Shown here in pieces: positions 12,750 through 26,351 of a DNA stretch of 60,591 nt. Position numbers and translations under genes: made by a program. This DNA comes from Octopus bimaculoides (taxonomy: Eukaryota): the NCBI RefSeq assembly GCF_001194135.2, contig NC_068981.1:177641684-177702274 (forward strand), written 5' to 3'. The notes under the pieces were generated by a model, which was not told the origin of the DNA, searched no databases, and saw nothing but the letters and a program-made list of their open reading frames with translations. Position 1 is the stretch's first letter. Each line of letters begins with the position of its first letter.

Positions 12750-13443
12750 TGGTGGTAGCCACTGTAGAGATGAGTAGAAATAGACTGTCAGAACAAGACA
12801 CCTGCTGTTTCTCTGTACTTGTTGCTTGTGTTGCTCCTTGCAGCACATTATTGCGGCTGATGCAGCCATTAATGCTGAAGCTACTTCTCTGTGCATGTAT
12901 TTCTTTTTGTTTAATTTTTTTTTTTTTTTTGGTTTTGCATGGGTTGAGTGGGAAGCATATTTTTCAGTATGGTTAGTGGGTGTTGTTTGGGTGTCTTTGT
13001 AATAAAAGGGTATTTTTTATGTCTTGGCAGGATCTAGAAGGGTTGAAATTTCCCCTGGTAATAAACTATCCCCCTTATATGTCCTACAGGTCTTTCATTT
13101 TTAGTACTTTTTCTTCCTTGTACAGGTCTATGGATGTGCTATTTGTACAAAGTGTGATATAATCATTGTGCTTATTTAGTGCACTTTGTAGTTTATTTCA
13201 GTTTATGGTGGAGAGATTTGGAGCCTAGACAGGGATGGCATAATCCACGAAGGATCTAATGTATTGTTTGTACACCATTATTGTTGATTCTTTTAGTTGA
13301 CCAGATGACCAAATCTGGTACTTGTGAATGCTCTAAATATGCTTGTGTATTGTTTTGCATTCTTTCACTGTGTATCCTATGCATGTTATAAATATTGTGG
13401 AGTTGTATGTAACTCCTAGTAGTTTTGTCTCCTCTGTGTGCGC

Positions 13444-13537
<94 letters not shown>

Positions 13538-14650
13538 TTGTCAATAAATGTGATAGTTGATTGTATTTGATGTTCTCTGGTGTTGCTGGTAAAGAAAGTC
13601 AGTAGATTTATGAAATGCTGCTTTGCAAGTCTGTTGTTTTGGAGCAAGTTTTTGAGGTGATTGATGTAGGGTTATAGTGTGGTTGCATTTGTAGAACAGT
13701 AAGAAAAAGTGAATGTGATGTAATGTGTATATGAGACTGTGTGTATATTCTGAGAAGTATTGGAAAGTTGTGTCAGTATAAGTTGAAAAGAACAATTGAA
13801 AAGACATCTTTATGGTACTCCATTTAGCAAATACAAGCTTTGGAAGTGTTATTTTAGTACAAAACAGGTTGGAAGTGTTATTTTAGTACAAAACATAAGC
13901 TCAGTAACCAAGCAAGTAGTTTGTTAGCTAATGTTATGTTTTCTAAGGAGTTGATGAATATTTTGTATATTGTTGGACAAAAATGGAGTGAAGTTGAAAT
14001 CTTTACTGATACTGATGGTAGCTAGAATGGGTTGTGTAGGAGGTTTTGTTGTTGAAGTGTTATATTATGCGAATTTTACAGTGCAGGTACAGATAGTTGT
14101 AGATGTTGGTGAGTCCACTGATTCCTGTAGTTCTCAAACATTTTCAAGCTGCTGCTCCCTTGGCAGCCAGGCCACATTCCTAGCACCCCCACCCACCTCA
14201 AATATAGACTACTTTCTGCAGCAAATTCAAAACAATTGTATTTCATAAATAAAACTTAAACCTACACATATCACCCTGTTTTGAGTACCCCATTATCATC
14301 CCACTTTTCTTTAATGCACCCCTGAATCTTTCCACTGCCCACTTTGGGACCCACTGCTTTAGATGATTTAGGTTTATGTTTGTGATTTTCTCTAGCCCTG
14401 ATGTTCTTGAGACTTCAGGTTTCTCCATAGCTTTTCTTGTGTTTGATGGAAAGGTTGCTTCAAAATCATTATCTAGGTAAGGGAATGTATTTTTTTTGTT
14501 TTGTGTTCCCCACCTTTTATGTGTAGTTTTTGGTGATTGATTTTTGAGAAATTACTGAGTGCATTTATTAAGTGATGAAGTCTGAGTATTTTATTTAAGG
14601 TTGTTTGTGATGTGAGAAGTGGTGAGGCCATTGTTGTTATTGCTGTTGTT
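12750..14650 (-). mobile_element. Ancient Jockey/I-superfamily LINE RT remnant, interrupted by a hAT MITE and a (GT)(GA) microsatellite
   Basis: Minus-strand fragments in RT order: GLEKITNINLNHL (cf. GPDNITN.HLKHL), KPPTQPILATISISK (cf. KPP.RT...IDISKAFD), TKLLGVTYN, LYKEEKVLKMKDL. Confidence 0.5.
14125..14356 (+). mobile_element. Short hAT-type MITE, same family as 41437-42124
   Basis: Shares the internal CTGCAGCAAATTCAAAACAA.TGTATTTCA sequence. Right TIR is TTTGGGACCCACTG; left TIR is decayed, so the left boundary is approximate. Confidence 0.55.
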
Positions 14651-14676
14651 GTTATCATCATTGTTGATAATGCTAA

Positions 14677-15054
14677 GTTGAGGCGCAATGGCCCAGTGGT
14701 TAAGACAGTGGACTCGCGGTCATAGGATCGCGGTTTCGGTTCCCAGACCGGGCATTGTGAGTGTTTATTGAGCGAAAACACCTAAAGCTCCACGAGGCTC
14801 CGGCAGGAGATGGTGGTGAACCCTGCTGTACTCTTTCACCACAACTTTCTCTCACTCTTACTTCCTGTTGTGTCTGTAATTCAAAAGGTCAGCCTTGTCA
14901 CACTGTGTCACGTTGAATATCCCCGAGAACTACGTTAAGGGTACACGTGTCTGTGGAGTGCTCAGCCACTTGCATGTTAATTTCACGAGCAGGTTGTTCC
15001 ATTGATCAGATCAACTGGAACTCTTGACGCCGTAAGCGACGGAGTCCCAACAAC
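14677..15054 (+). mobile_element. Full-length tRNA-derived SINE family B with 11-bp TSD
   Basis: Head GAGGCGCAATGGCCCAGTGG...GGTTTCGGTTCCC and tail CCAACAAC. TSD GATAATGCTAA at 14666-14676 and 15055-15065. Confidence 0.93.
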
Positions 15055-15164
15055 GATAATGCTAAATATTCTATAGAGTGTTCTAGCTTGTCTATTACAA
15101 ATAACATTCCCAGTTCTAAATATTTCTCACATCTAAGTAAACTAGTGCATTTAGGATTAGCTCT

Positions 15165-16122
15165 TACCCCCCCCCCTGCTGGCGACAAAGGGACTCTCAC
15201 TCAGAGTAAAAGGCAGACTGTATGACGCATGCGTACGAACAGCCATGCTACATGGCAGTGAAACATGGGCTGTAATTGCTGAGGACATACGTAAGCTCGC
15301 AAGGAATGAAGCCAGTATGCTCCGTTGGATGTGTAATGTCAATGTGAATACCCGTCAGAGTGTAAGTATCTTGAGAGAAAAGCTGAACATTAGAAGCATC
15401 AGTTGTGGTGTGCAAGAGAGACGATTGCGCTGGTATGGACATGTGGTGAGAATGGATGAGGNNNNNNNNNNNNNNNNNNNNNNNNNNNNNNNNNNNNNNN
15501 NNNNNNNNNNNNNNNNNNNNNNNNNNNNNNNNNNNNNNNNNNNNNNNNNNNNNNNNNNNNNNNNNNNNNNNNNNNNNNNNNNNNNNNNNNNNNNNNNNNN
15601 NNNNNNNNNNNNNNNNNNNNNNNNNNNNNNNNNNNNNNNNNNNNNNNNNNNNNNNNNNNNNNNNNNNNNNNNNNNNNNNNNNNNNNNNNNNNNNNNNNNN
15701 NNNNNNNNNNNNNNNNNNNNNNNNNNNNNNNNNNNNNNNNNNNNNNNNNNNNNNNNNNNNNNNNNNNNNNNNNNNNNNNNNNNNNNNNNNNNNNNNNNNN
15801 NNNNNNNNNNNNNNNNNNNNNNNNNNNNNNNNNNNNNNNNNNNNNNNNNNNNNNNNNNNNNNNNNNNNNNNNNTGGACTGGCTTGTGCGGGTGGCACATA
15901 AAAGACACCATTTCGAGCGTGGCCGTTTTCGTGCGGGTGACACGTAAAAGCACCCACTACACTCTCTGAGTGGTTGGCGTTAGGAAGGGCATCCAGCTGT
16001 AGAAACTCTGCCAAATTAGACTGGAGCCTGGTGTTGCCATCCGGTTTCACCAGTCCTCAGTCAAATCGTCCAACCCATACTAGCATGGAAAGCGGACGTT
16101 AAACGATGATGATGATGTTGAT
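15165..16122 (+). mobile_element. 5'-truncated RTE LINE (family 1), spanning a gap
   Basis: MLHGSETWAV...ERRLRWYGHVVRM. 3' UTR and (GAT)n tail match the copy at 4090. Confidence 0.92.
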
Positions 16123-17488
16123 GTATATCTTGTCCACATATAAAGGAAACCTCAGCAGTAGATAACAGTAAATTCAGTGAGTTTTGTATCCAACATAAAC
16201 CACAAAGCAAACTTTTGGTTAACATCTACTGATAGAGTTTCCTTGTATAACTGGATAGGATATACATATAATTTCAAATGAGCTAGTTTACTTAGATGTG
16301 GGGAAAATGTAAAACATTTTCTGGAAATGTTACCTGTTGTAGAATGAGAAATAGATGCATCTTCCATTTGTTTAACCCCTTTGATAATAAATCTACCAAG
16401 ATGGTCCTGGTACATTTAATAAACTACCCATCAGACACTGCTTATATTGGTCAAATTTCATTATCATCATTATCATCGTTTATACATCTGCTTGTCCATG
16501 TTGGTATGGGTTGGATCAGACTTTTTGAGACACAGTTTTATAATTGGATGTCCTTTCTGAGACCAATCCTTTTAGTTGCCTTTTACATCATCCTGGGATA
16601 TTATGTTTGAATTAAAAAAACTGGGATGCACATAGATAACACTGTTCATAATTAAACTATGAAAATGAAAATACATTATTAAATGTGTTAGTTATATTAT
16701 ATTGGAAATTAATCTCAAAAGAAATGGGCAGTATATTCTTGTGAGAAATAATGTCATGAAGAGGTTAATGCTTTAGAACTATAGTTAAAGTAACCCTGTG
16801 AGACTTTGGACTCTCTAGAGATATATATATTTTATCTTTTAGAATTGGGACAAGTCATATGTTGCATGTATATTAATTATATTTTACTTTACCAATGAAA
16901 GAACCTCTACACAATCACTCAACTTGTTACCAACCAGATCACCCTCTACTCAGTTTAAAAAGAAAACACAACTTGGATATTGTAGTTCTGGATTCACTCA
17001 TTGTGTTGTGAAGTAGGGAGAGACAGGTTCACCATAACCGGAATGCCTTTGATCACAAATCAGGAGCAGAGCTGACCTGGGTCAAACAGCAGCTTTGTTA
17101 ATTATTTGTTTGTTCATTTTTACATCTGTTTCTCCATGCTTGCATGAGTTAGATGAATATATATCAACTCAATGGGATCATTGAGATTTGTGATGTTATA
17201 TACCGTTACCATTCAAGCAGACTTTTGATCAAAGTTAGTCCACCTATGACCAACCTGTATATAATGGGTCACTTAATCCATTAAGATAGGTGTGATTAGA
17301 AAGAGATTTAGTTGATGTTTCTAGCAGTTCAAGCAACTATGTTTGAGACTTCAGTGCTAAGAGTGTTTAATATACTTTCTGAAGTATATCAAGCATTATT
17401 AGAGATTAGATATGGTTTGAGGACTCAGAGCACTTTTGATCCATACTTTTTAGAATACTAGAATAATTTTCTATCTATTTACTAACAG

Positions 17489-17529
17489 ACACACCAAAAT
17501 GCATATGGAGAAATATGAGAAGTTTTTGC
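17489..17529 (+). CDS. Candidate coding exon (41 nt; HTKMHMEKYEKFL), product unknown
   Basis: Acceptor TTTTCTATCTATTTACTAACAG and donor TGC|GTAAGC. One frame ends in phase 1. No homology recognised. Confidence 0.3.
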
Positions 17530-18279
17530 GTAAGCAATAAACATTGTATTGACTTCAGTTACAGCTGTCAGCAGGATTATTGATATTAACAGAAAGGGAA
17601 AATAGACTAACAGGTTAATAGCTGGGGAAATACTTAACATTATATTTTTGTACAATATCAAGAACAAAGTTTTATAGTTAAAACAGAGTCATGCTGGATC
17701 TGCAATAAAACAAGGAAGTTAAAAAAAAAGGAAGAGATGTATAGAAATAGTCATGCTTATTCTTGTTTTTAATTCTATGCATTAATATTTGTGATGAACT
17801 ACTTGTGTAATATCAATTTCTTCAATTATCAGATACTAAACAGCTTTTGTTAATTACTAGTTGAGTGCTAAAACAGGCAGAATAAAAAAATTGAATAACC
17901 ATTGGAAATGATATAATCAGCCTATAAGATCTGCAGCAGTGGTTCATAATCAGTTGTGTATTGCAGCACACTGTTGTATAGCAAGTTGTATATAGGTGCA
18001 CCGTGTATTTCTTAAAACAATTTAAGGCTGTAGGAAATCTATATTAATGTTTGAACATCTTGAAAAGAGTGTTATTCATAATTTTGTTATATGCAAGAAT
18101 GATTAATGAAACATGACAAGTAATAGTTTTCTATATATTAAGATAAGTTTTAATTTCAAAAGAGTTTTTGTGAAGTGTGTTAGTAATATTTCTTTTTATT
18201 TGATCTTGAAGTATGCTAGTGATCTTTTTTTATTTAACTTCAAGTGCAATACAAAGTCAAAAATATTAAAAACCACTGC

Positions 18280-20860
18280 GTTAGATTTTGCATTGCTGAG
18301 GAGTTTAGATTTCAGGCCAGAAGGTTGCCTAGAAGCAGACCAATCTGGAAAAGAAGGATCTGGAAGCTTAAGGATCCTTTATATGGTCAGAGATTTAGGG
18401 ACACCCTAATTGAAAAATTTGGTGAGAAGGAATAGGAACTACAGACTTGTAACATAGAAGGCAACTGGGAATTCCTGCAGGACAGTTTGCTGAGTGCCAC
18501 AGACCAAATCTGTGGCTGGTGCAAAGTCCCAATTTGAACTAGGGTGACATGGAGGTGGAATGATGCTGCAGACAAGGTCATTAGAGCAAAGGAACAGGCC
18601 TGGAAGGACTGGAAGAGTGGTGGAACTATATCAGGTAGCCAAGAGGGAGGCTAGTAGACAGGTGTATTTAGCCAGGAGAGAAGCAGAGAGGAAGAAGTTT
18701 GCCAATGTTCTGTGTTTTGAGGACCAGAGGCTTGAAGTGTTTCAGATAGCAAGACAGCATGTCAGAAAATTGTGATGTGGTAGGAGAGAAATATGTTTGC
18801 ATCGATGATGGGTCATTGGCAGTCAGTGGCTCTGCAAAGAAGGAGGCTTGGAAGTGTCACTATGAAAGGCTACCAAATGTAGAGAACTCATGGGAGAGGG
18901 ACAGTTTATTTTGTGTGAATCCAACAGAGGGATCAGCAATCTGAACAGACAGTAATGTGGTAGACAAAGCCATGAAGGATATGAAGATGGGGAAGCCCCC
19001 AGCCCATCTGGAATAACTGCTGAGATGCTTAAAATATGTGGCAGTGTGGGTTATGGTCTAGTCACCCATATAGTTTATCAGGTTGTACACGAAGGAGTTA
19101 TACCCAATGACTGGTGTAGCAGTACCATAGTCAGCTGCTACAAATGCAAAGGTGATACCTTTGACAGAAATAATTACAGAGGTATCAAATTGTTAGATCA
19201 GGTGATGAAAGTTACAAGAGGGTCATAGCCCAACTAATTAGGCAGAGGGTTTGTCTAGATGAGATGCAGTTTAGTCTTGTGCCAAGGAGAAGCACCACTG
19301 ATATTATACTTCTAGTAAGGCAGCTGCAGGAGAAGTACCTAGCCAAAGATAAACCTCTATACTTGGCTTTTATTGATATGGAGAAAGCCTTTGACAGGGT
19401 TTCCCAATCCCTTATCTGGTGGTCAATGTGGAAACTAGGGATAGACGAGTGGTTGGTGTGAGCTGTACAAACCATGTAGAGGGATGCTGTTGGTAAGGTG
19501 AGGGTTGGCAATGAGTATAGTGATAAATTCAGAGTACAAGTAGAAGTTCACCAAGGATCAGTCCTTAGTCTCCTCTTGTTCATCATAGTCCTCTTGGCAA
19601 TAACAGAGGAATTTAAGACAGGCTGTCCCTGGGAGCAACTCTATACTGATGATCTTGTTCTTATAGCTGAATCACGACTAGAATTAGAGAAGACGTTTCA
19701 GGTGTGGAAGCAAGGTCTAGAATTAAAGGGCCTTAGAGTTAACCTTGCAGAAGCCAAAGTCTTAGTAAATAGGAAAGCAGACAGATCACAAATCCCTTCA
19801 GGCAGATGGCCCTGCTCGATCTGTAGGAAAAGCATAGGTAGAAAAAAGATGTACCCAGTGCAAGCTATGGACACATAAGAGGTTCAGCAATATCAGAAGA
19901 AGGTTAACTGGGAAAAAAGTTTTTGTGTGCAGAAGATGCACAGGTACCATAAACACTGAAAATGTACAGAAAATAGACTCCATCAAATGCCAGGGGAGTA
20001 AGCTAGAGGTAGTTGATAGCCTCCATTATCTAGGAGACAGAATCAGTAGTGGAGGTGGATGCTCCAAGAGTGTAGCTGTGAGAATAAGAATAGGCTGGGC
20101 AAAGTTCAGAGAGCTTCTACTTCTGTTGACAACAAAAGGCATTTCCCTCAGAGTAAAAGGCAGATTATATGATGCCTGTGTGCAAACAGCAATGCTACAC
20201 AGCAGTGAAACATGGGCTGTGACTGCCAAGAACATAAGAAGGCTTGAAAGAAATGAAGCTAGCATGCTTTGCTGGATGTGTAATGTCAGTGTGCATGTAC
20301 AACAGAATGTAAACATCTTGAAAGAAAAGTTGGGCATAAGAGGCATTAGATGTAGTGTGCAAGAGAGAAAACTGTGCTGCTATAGTCATGTGATGCATAT
20401 AGATAAGGACACCTTTGTAAAGAAGTGCCAATCTCTAACTGTGGAGGGAGCCTACGAGGTGCTGAAGCATGAGCTTTGAACGCTGGGCCTCATGGAAGCA
20501 ATGACTAGTGATTGAGATCTTTGGCGATATGCCATGCATGAGAAGACCTGTCAGGCAAAGTGAAATTGTAGTCATAGCCGTTGCTGGTAGCATGTAACTG
20601 GCACATAAAAAGTATCTTTTTAGCATTGGGCCTCATGAAGGCCATGTAGCCAATGCTGGTGTTGTGTAGCTAGCACCTGTGCCGGTGACATGTAAAAGCA
20701 CCCATTCTTGGAGTGGTTGGTGTTAGGAAGGGCATCCAGCTGTAGAAACCATACCAAACCAGACTGGAGTCTGGTGCAGCTCCTCAGCTTACCAGCCCTG
20801 GTCAAACCACCCAACCCATGCCAGCATGGATATTAAATGAAGATGATGATGATGATGATC
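18280..20860 (+). mobile_element. ~2.6-kb decayed RTE LINE (family 1) including the RT domain
   Basis: NYRGIKLL, LAFIDMEKAFDRV, VHQGSVLS, YTDDLVL, LGDRISSGGGC and GRLYDACV in order, with stops and frameshifts. (GAT)n tail at ~20838-20859. Confidence 0.95.
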
Positions 20861-22252
20861 TTCACTTGTCAGCATACTGCTAAAGACCAGACTTATTACT
20901 TATTGCATTTGAGATTTGATTAAAATTTGGAGTTGTTCCCCTGTCTTTTTTTTTAGATTTAGCCAAATTAGGCATTTGCATAATGGTTGTTCTCATCACT
21001 AAAGGACTAATTTCAAATAATTATTGTAGACCAGAATGTGTTGTACTTTCTGCAGAATTGCAGCATTTTTGGTAAAGATTGTTTTACAAATCTCAATAGC
21101 CTTATTAGTAATGGGCTAATGAGGAACTGATTGGATAACTAAAATTAAGAGACAAATATGGAGATCTTGTAGATTCTTCTATATCAGCTGTGAAGAAAAC
21201 TAAAATAATAACAGTGATCAGGTGTATTTTTATGATATTTCTACTAATGTTTAGGATTTAAAAAAAAAAACACAAATATATTACTGACTTCATAGATTTT
21301 GAGAAAACATGAAATAATTCTTTTTTGGATAGGGATCTCAAAGCACATGTAAAGCTATAAACTGGGGCATGTAAATATCGGGTTGAAAAATCCTTTTGGG
21401 TAGCAAAAGTCATAGGCAATGGTATTACTTATAGCTCTGTGTATGCTTCAAGATTCACTATTCCAAAAAAAGAATTATTTCATATTCTTTCAAAAGTTTA
21501 TAAAATTCTTATGACGTCAACAGCATACAATCCTTGCAGGTTAAAATAAAGTTTCTAAAATGGATAGAGGAATTCCAAAGATTGCTTTGGTTCAATGGCA
21601 GAATGCCTGTCATATATCTACAGAAGATGTGGATTCATGTGCCATGGACAACCATCAACTTTTTCTATTTAAAAGGGTTTTCCAACCTAATATTTATATG
21701 CTGCTATTTACTGCTTTCTGCATGCTTCAAGGTTCATTATTCCAAAAAAGAATTATTGCAAATATATTAGACAAAAAAAAAAGAAAAGTAATAAACAGCA
21801 AGAATTTTTCATGATTTTTTAAATTTCTTCAAGTAAAACACAGACTCTTTCTCCATTTTATTTTAGTTTGGCTGTTATTATTTGAAGTATTCCATTGAAT
21901 TCTTTTTTGGAAATATATCAATTTTGGTTCATCCTCAAATCCTTCAATTCTGTTTTGTCCGTTAAGTTTTAAATTACATTTATGAAAGTGTGAACCTGAA
22001 CATGAAATTCATTTGAACTTAGATGTGGTTAAACGTTTTGACAATGAAACTTAATTAATATTTAACTTACAACTCACAATAATTATACATTCTATATTAT
22101 ACATTTATAATTATACATTTTTAATTATACATTTTATAATTATAATTATACATTTTAAAACAGCTGTCTATAATATTGATGGTATTCCTAATAATCTAAA
22201 TAAGACCATTTTCTTTTCAGGAAAATATGGGAATAGCATTGCTACCCTTATG

Positions 22253-22490
22253 GAGGCATGTGGCTTAGTGGTCAGGGTGTTGGACTCATGATCGTAAGAT
22301 TCTGTTTTGATTCCTGGGCCAGGTAATGCATTGTGTTCTGAGCAAAAGACTTCATTTCACATGGCTCTCATCCACTCATCTGGCAAAAATGAGTATTCCT
22401 GCAACAGACTGGCATCCCATCCAGTGGGGAATATATACACCACAGAAACTAGGAAACCAGCCCTATATCACTGATGAAGGAGTTTTATCC
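22253..22490 (+). mobile_element. tRNA-derived SINE family D
   Basis: Head GGAGGCATGTGGCTTAGTGGTCAGGGTGTTGGACTCATGA. Homologous to 43298-43520 (+) and to minus copies near 23640, 28150 and 29690. Confidence 0.8.
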
Positions 22491-24128
22491 TTTATTGTTA
22501 CCCTCATTTTATACAATTCTGGTATGAGTGAATGGCTACACTGCTGAAACATAACCTTCTCTGAAGTAGAAACTGAAGTAGTCCTGATTTTTTTAATAAT
22601 AAATAAGAACAATTATTATTAAAAACTTCATAATATTTGATTAAATGGATTAGATTAGACTTGTTTTCAAGTTAGGGCTCTGAGCTTTCATTTATATAAG
22701 TTAAATCTGTACTTGGTGTACAGAAAAGTATATAACCTACTCCAGATACACTGATTTTCGTTTTTTCAGAAAAATCACCCAACCTAAACTGGCAATAAAA
22801 ATGTACATAAATAGAATCATTCATAAATTGTTTGACTCCTGATATAAAAGGTTTATTCAGTGGTTACATATTCTATATAATCACAACATAAGGTTTTATG
22901 CAGTCTATCCTTCTACTGAATAGCCAACATAAATTAGAGGGAGTGGAATAAAAGTGATCATACAGATAGAAAATAAAACCTGTTACTGAATATACCAGTT
23001 ACTCAAATGATTAGAAAAATCAGTTATTAATGCCAAATTAAATACTTTCTGAAAAGTCCCTGGTTGACTACATTATTTCACTGTTAGACACCACTTTCAA
23101 ACACCAGCTGCTACTGCTACTGCTACTGCTACTACTACTACTACTACTACTTGACAATTTTGTTTGCTTCTGTTCTATCTATTCTTGAAGTGGTAACTTG
23201 TGGAACTTTGGAAACAGCAGTAGCATAGTTTAACTCTATTGCTGTTTGCCACCCTCTATTTTTTTTTTCTCTGCCTCTTCTGAACAGAAGAACCTCAAAT
23301 GGTCTTTATTACTACTAGTGTAGCAAGTGAACCTTCCACCCTGCACTGCCTGTCTGATTAACCTTTCTGTTCTCTCAATAAAATACAGTGCTGTTAGGAT
23401 CTAGATGCCCATGCAGACTCATACTCCATGACACTACATGTTGTGGATCATCAATGCACTCACCACATGTTCATACTGTTGGACAAATATGAGATGAAGC
23501 CAAGAGTTGACATCCAAACTAAGTACCATGCTTTCACTAATAGTTTTAAGTGGCAATGTTACTGTAAGCAGACAGACATCTTGGCTCTCCAATCTATTGA
23601 CTCATTAGAAAACTGAAGATGGAACAGCAGGAGGGAGGGAGGGTAGGTTTGCACCAACACAATACTGGTACTCATTTTCAGTTATGTAGACAGGAGGAAT
23701 GTGAACTGAAACACCTTGCTCAAGAGCACAACACATCACCCAGTCCAGGAATTGAGACCACAACCTTGTGATTGTGAGCCCAACACCTTTAGCATTAGAT
23801 CACACTCCTTCCGATGTGTATTTTGGTAAAACAGAGCTATGTCATTTTCCTTTTTGTTGTTCCCTAACAAGGATTACTTTTTTTATAGATCTCTTCCACA
23901 ATATTTTACCCCTGATATATGATCCATGTCTAGTGTTTCTCTCTGGCTTGAAATGTTAGTAAAGCTGTTGTTGTTGTCTTTGATAATATAGTTAAAAAGC
24001 TATTACTACTTTTCTGATTCAAATTTGTTAAGTGTTCCCAACTGTGGCTATTTGTTTAATTGTTATGTTTTTTTGTTTGCCCCTTTTTTTAAAAAAAGTT
24101 TGTTTTTGTTTTCAAACTTTTCTTTCAG

Positions 24129-24266
24129 GGTGTACCTTGCTTGTGGCTAATATTTCTTCCTACTCTTCGAGAGGGAGTTATATTAAATTACAAGTAAACG
24201 ACATACACAAAAATATAAATTATAATAAAATGTCCAAGGATGAACCATATTTTTTATCACTTGAAG
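24129..24266 (+). CDS. Candidate coding exon (138 nt, phase 1-1; CTLLVANISSYSSRGSYIKLQVNDIHKNINYNKMSKDEPYFLSLE), product unknown
   Basis: Strong acceptor TTTTTGTTTTCAAACTTTTCTTTCAG, strong donor AAG|GTAAAT and an open frame in non-repeat DNA. No homology recognised. Confidence 0.38.
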
Positions 24267-24617
24267 GTAAATGGTGTGGTTGTTCACATGTTCTTAAGTT
24301 CTTCATTGGCAAAATGCAACAAAGAAAAATCTTTGCTTTCCATCAAATGAAACAAGGGAAATCCAATTCTTGCCTGGAGCTGTTGTTATACATGTCCTTT
24401 TATTGCAAACAAAAACAATAATAAAAATGAAAATATTAATAATAATTTTTTTAATATTTGTCACATGAGCCTTTCTCTTAATACAAAACATGTTATAAAA
24501 GGGATTACAGTAGGTGTGGAAATTTACACACACAGCCACAATGGTGAAACATATATAGGGAACAAATGATATAAACTTGTGTTTATCATAATTTCTTCTA
24601 TGTATATATTATTTAGC

Positions 24618-25085
24618 TTTTATTTGTTTCAGTCACTGGACTGCAGCCATGCTGGAGCACTGCTTTGAAGGGTTCTTAGTTAAAAAAAAGTGACTCTTGT
24701 GCTTATTATTTTTTTACACCTGATACTTATTCTATCAATCTCTTCTGCTGAATTACTAAGTTATGGGGACTTAAACAAATTAGCATCAGTTGTCAAGCAG
24801 GTGCCAGGGATAAACATAACACAAGCACAAAGACATATGCACATAGATCTACATGCATGCATACATGCATGCATGCATACATGCATGCATGCATACATGC
24901 ATACATACATAGATACAAACATACATACATAGGACTTCAGTTTTCATTTACCAAATCCACTCATAAGGCTTTGATCAGCCCAGAGCTATAGTAGAAGGCA
25001 TTTACCCAAGGTATCATGCAATGGGGTTAAACCCAAGACTACATGATTTAAAAGCAAACTTATCATCCACATGGCCATCCCTGTG
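24618..25085 (-). mobile_element. SINE family A (older copy) with a (CATG/CATA)n core
   Basis: Tail, core and head are collinear with the family consensus. Confidence 0.85.
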
Positions 25086-25137
25086 GTTATATATACATAC
25101 ATACATATATATATATNNNNNNNNNNATATATATATA

Positions 25138-25770
25138 TAGTGAAATATGGGCTGTGACAGACGAGGACATGCATAGGCTTGAAAGAAACGAAACCAGTAT
25201 GCTGGATGTATAATGTCAGTGTGCATGTTTGACAGAGTGTAAGCATCTTGAGAGAAAAGTTAGTCATATGAGGCATCAGATGTGGTGTGCAAGAGAGATG
25301 ACTGCGCTGGTAGGGTCATGTGATGCATATGGATGAGGACAGTTGTGTAAAGAAGTGCTGATCTCTAACTGTGGAGGCAACTTGTGGTAGAGGTAGACCC
25401 AGGAAGACATGGAATGAGGTGGTGAAGCACAATCTTTGAACTTCGAGACTCACAGAGGTAATGATGAGTAACCAAGACCTTTGGTAATGTGCTGTGCTTG
25501 AGAGGACCTGTCAAGCCAAGTGCACCTGTGCTGGTGGCATACAAAAAACACCTTCCAAGTGTTGGGCCTCATGGAGGCAATGACTGAGACCTTTGAGAAG
25601 AAGACCCAAGACCCATCAAGCCAAGCAAAATCATAGTCATGGCAGATACCAGTGTCATGCAAATGGCACCCATGCCGGTGACACATAAAAACAAGCACCC
25701 ATTACACTCTCAGAGTGGTTGGTGTTAGGAAGGGCATCCAGCCATAGAAAACCATGCCAAATCAGACTAG
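25138..25770 (+). mobile_element. RTE LINE family 1 3' fragment
   Basis: ETWAVTDEDMHRLERNE-like coding remnant, GRGRPRKTW motif and RTE 3' UTR. Truncated and abutting a family A SINE head fragment at 25772-25850. Confidence 0.88.
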
Positions 25771-26351
25771 AGGTGCCATGCAGTGGGACTGAACCCAGAA
25801 CCATGTGGTTGGTAAGCAAGCTACTTACCACACGGCCACTCCTGTGCCTACTACATTTTTCTCTTGGAGTAACTCAAACATAGCAATTGGGGGTTGGTGT
25901 TGACAAGTTTGGCTGACTACCTACCTCCCAACCTACAACTTCATGCAAATGTAATTATTATCTTAACATTTATTCTAACTTCGTGTTTTTTTTTTTCACA
26001 AATTCAGAAGGATCCATTTTAATAATTTAGAACTTCCTCATTCGAAATCTTGGCCATGCCTATGAATAAAGCAATATTGCCTCTAAACTTTTATTGGGAT
26101 GAACACTATTGTTATATTAGTCATTGTTGAATAAATGTCACATGTACATAATGATAAGTAACCTAAGACGGAATGAGAAGAAAATGGAATAAGTTTTAAA
26201 CTGCAGTAAGGAATTATACCAGAAGGAAATTCAAAGAACCAAGAAGTAAATGAGTTTCAGGTCAATTATCTACACAGTAATTTCTATTAATTAGCCGGAG
26301 TTCACTTGATTTTGAGAATGGATGCTTTAATTAAATTCACTACCAGTACTT

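Noticed and set aside
22221-22322. Acceptor TTTTCTTTTCAG followed by GKYGNSIATLMEACG
   Set aside because: Most of the frame is the head of SINE family D, and all frames hit stops before the CAG|GTAATG donor.
23205-23252. Hairpin AAACAGCAGTAG / CTATTGCTGTTT as a pre-miRNA
   Set aside because: The stem is only ~12 bp, too short for a Drosha/Dicer precursor.
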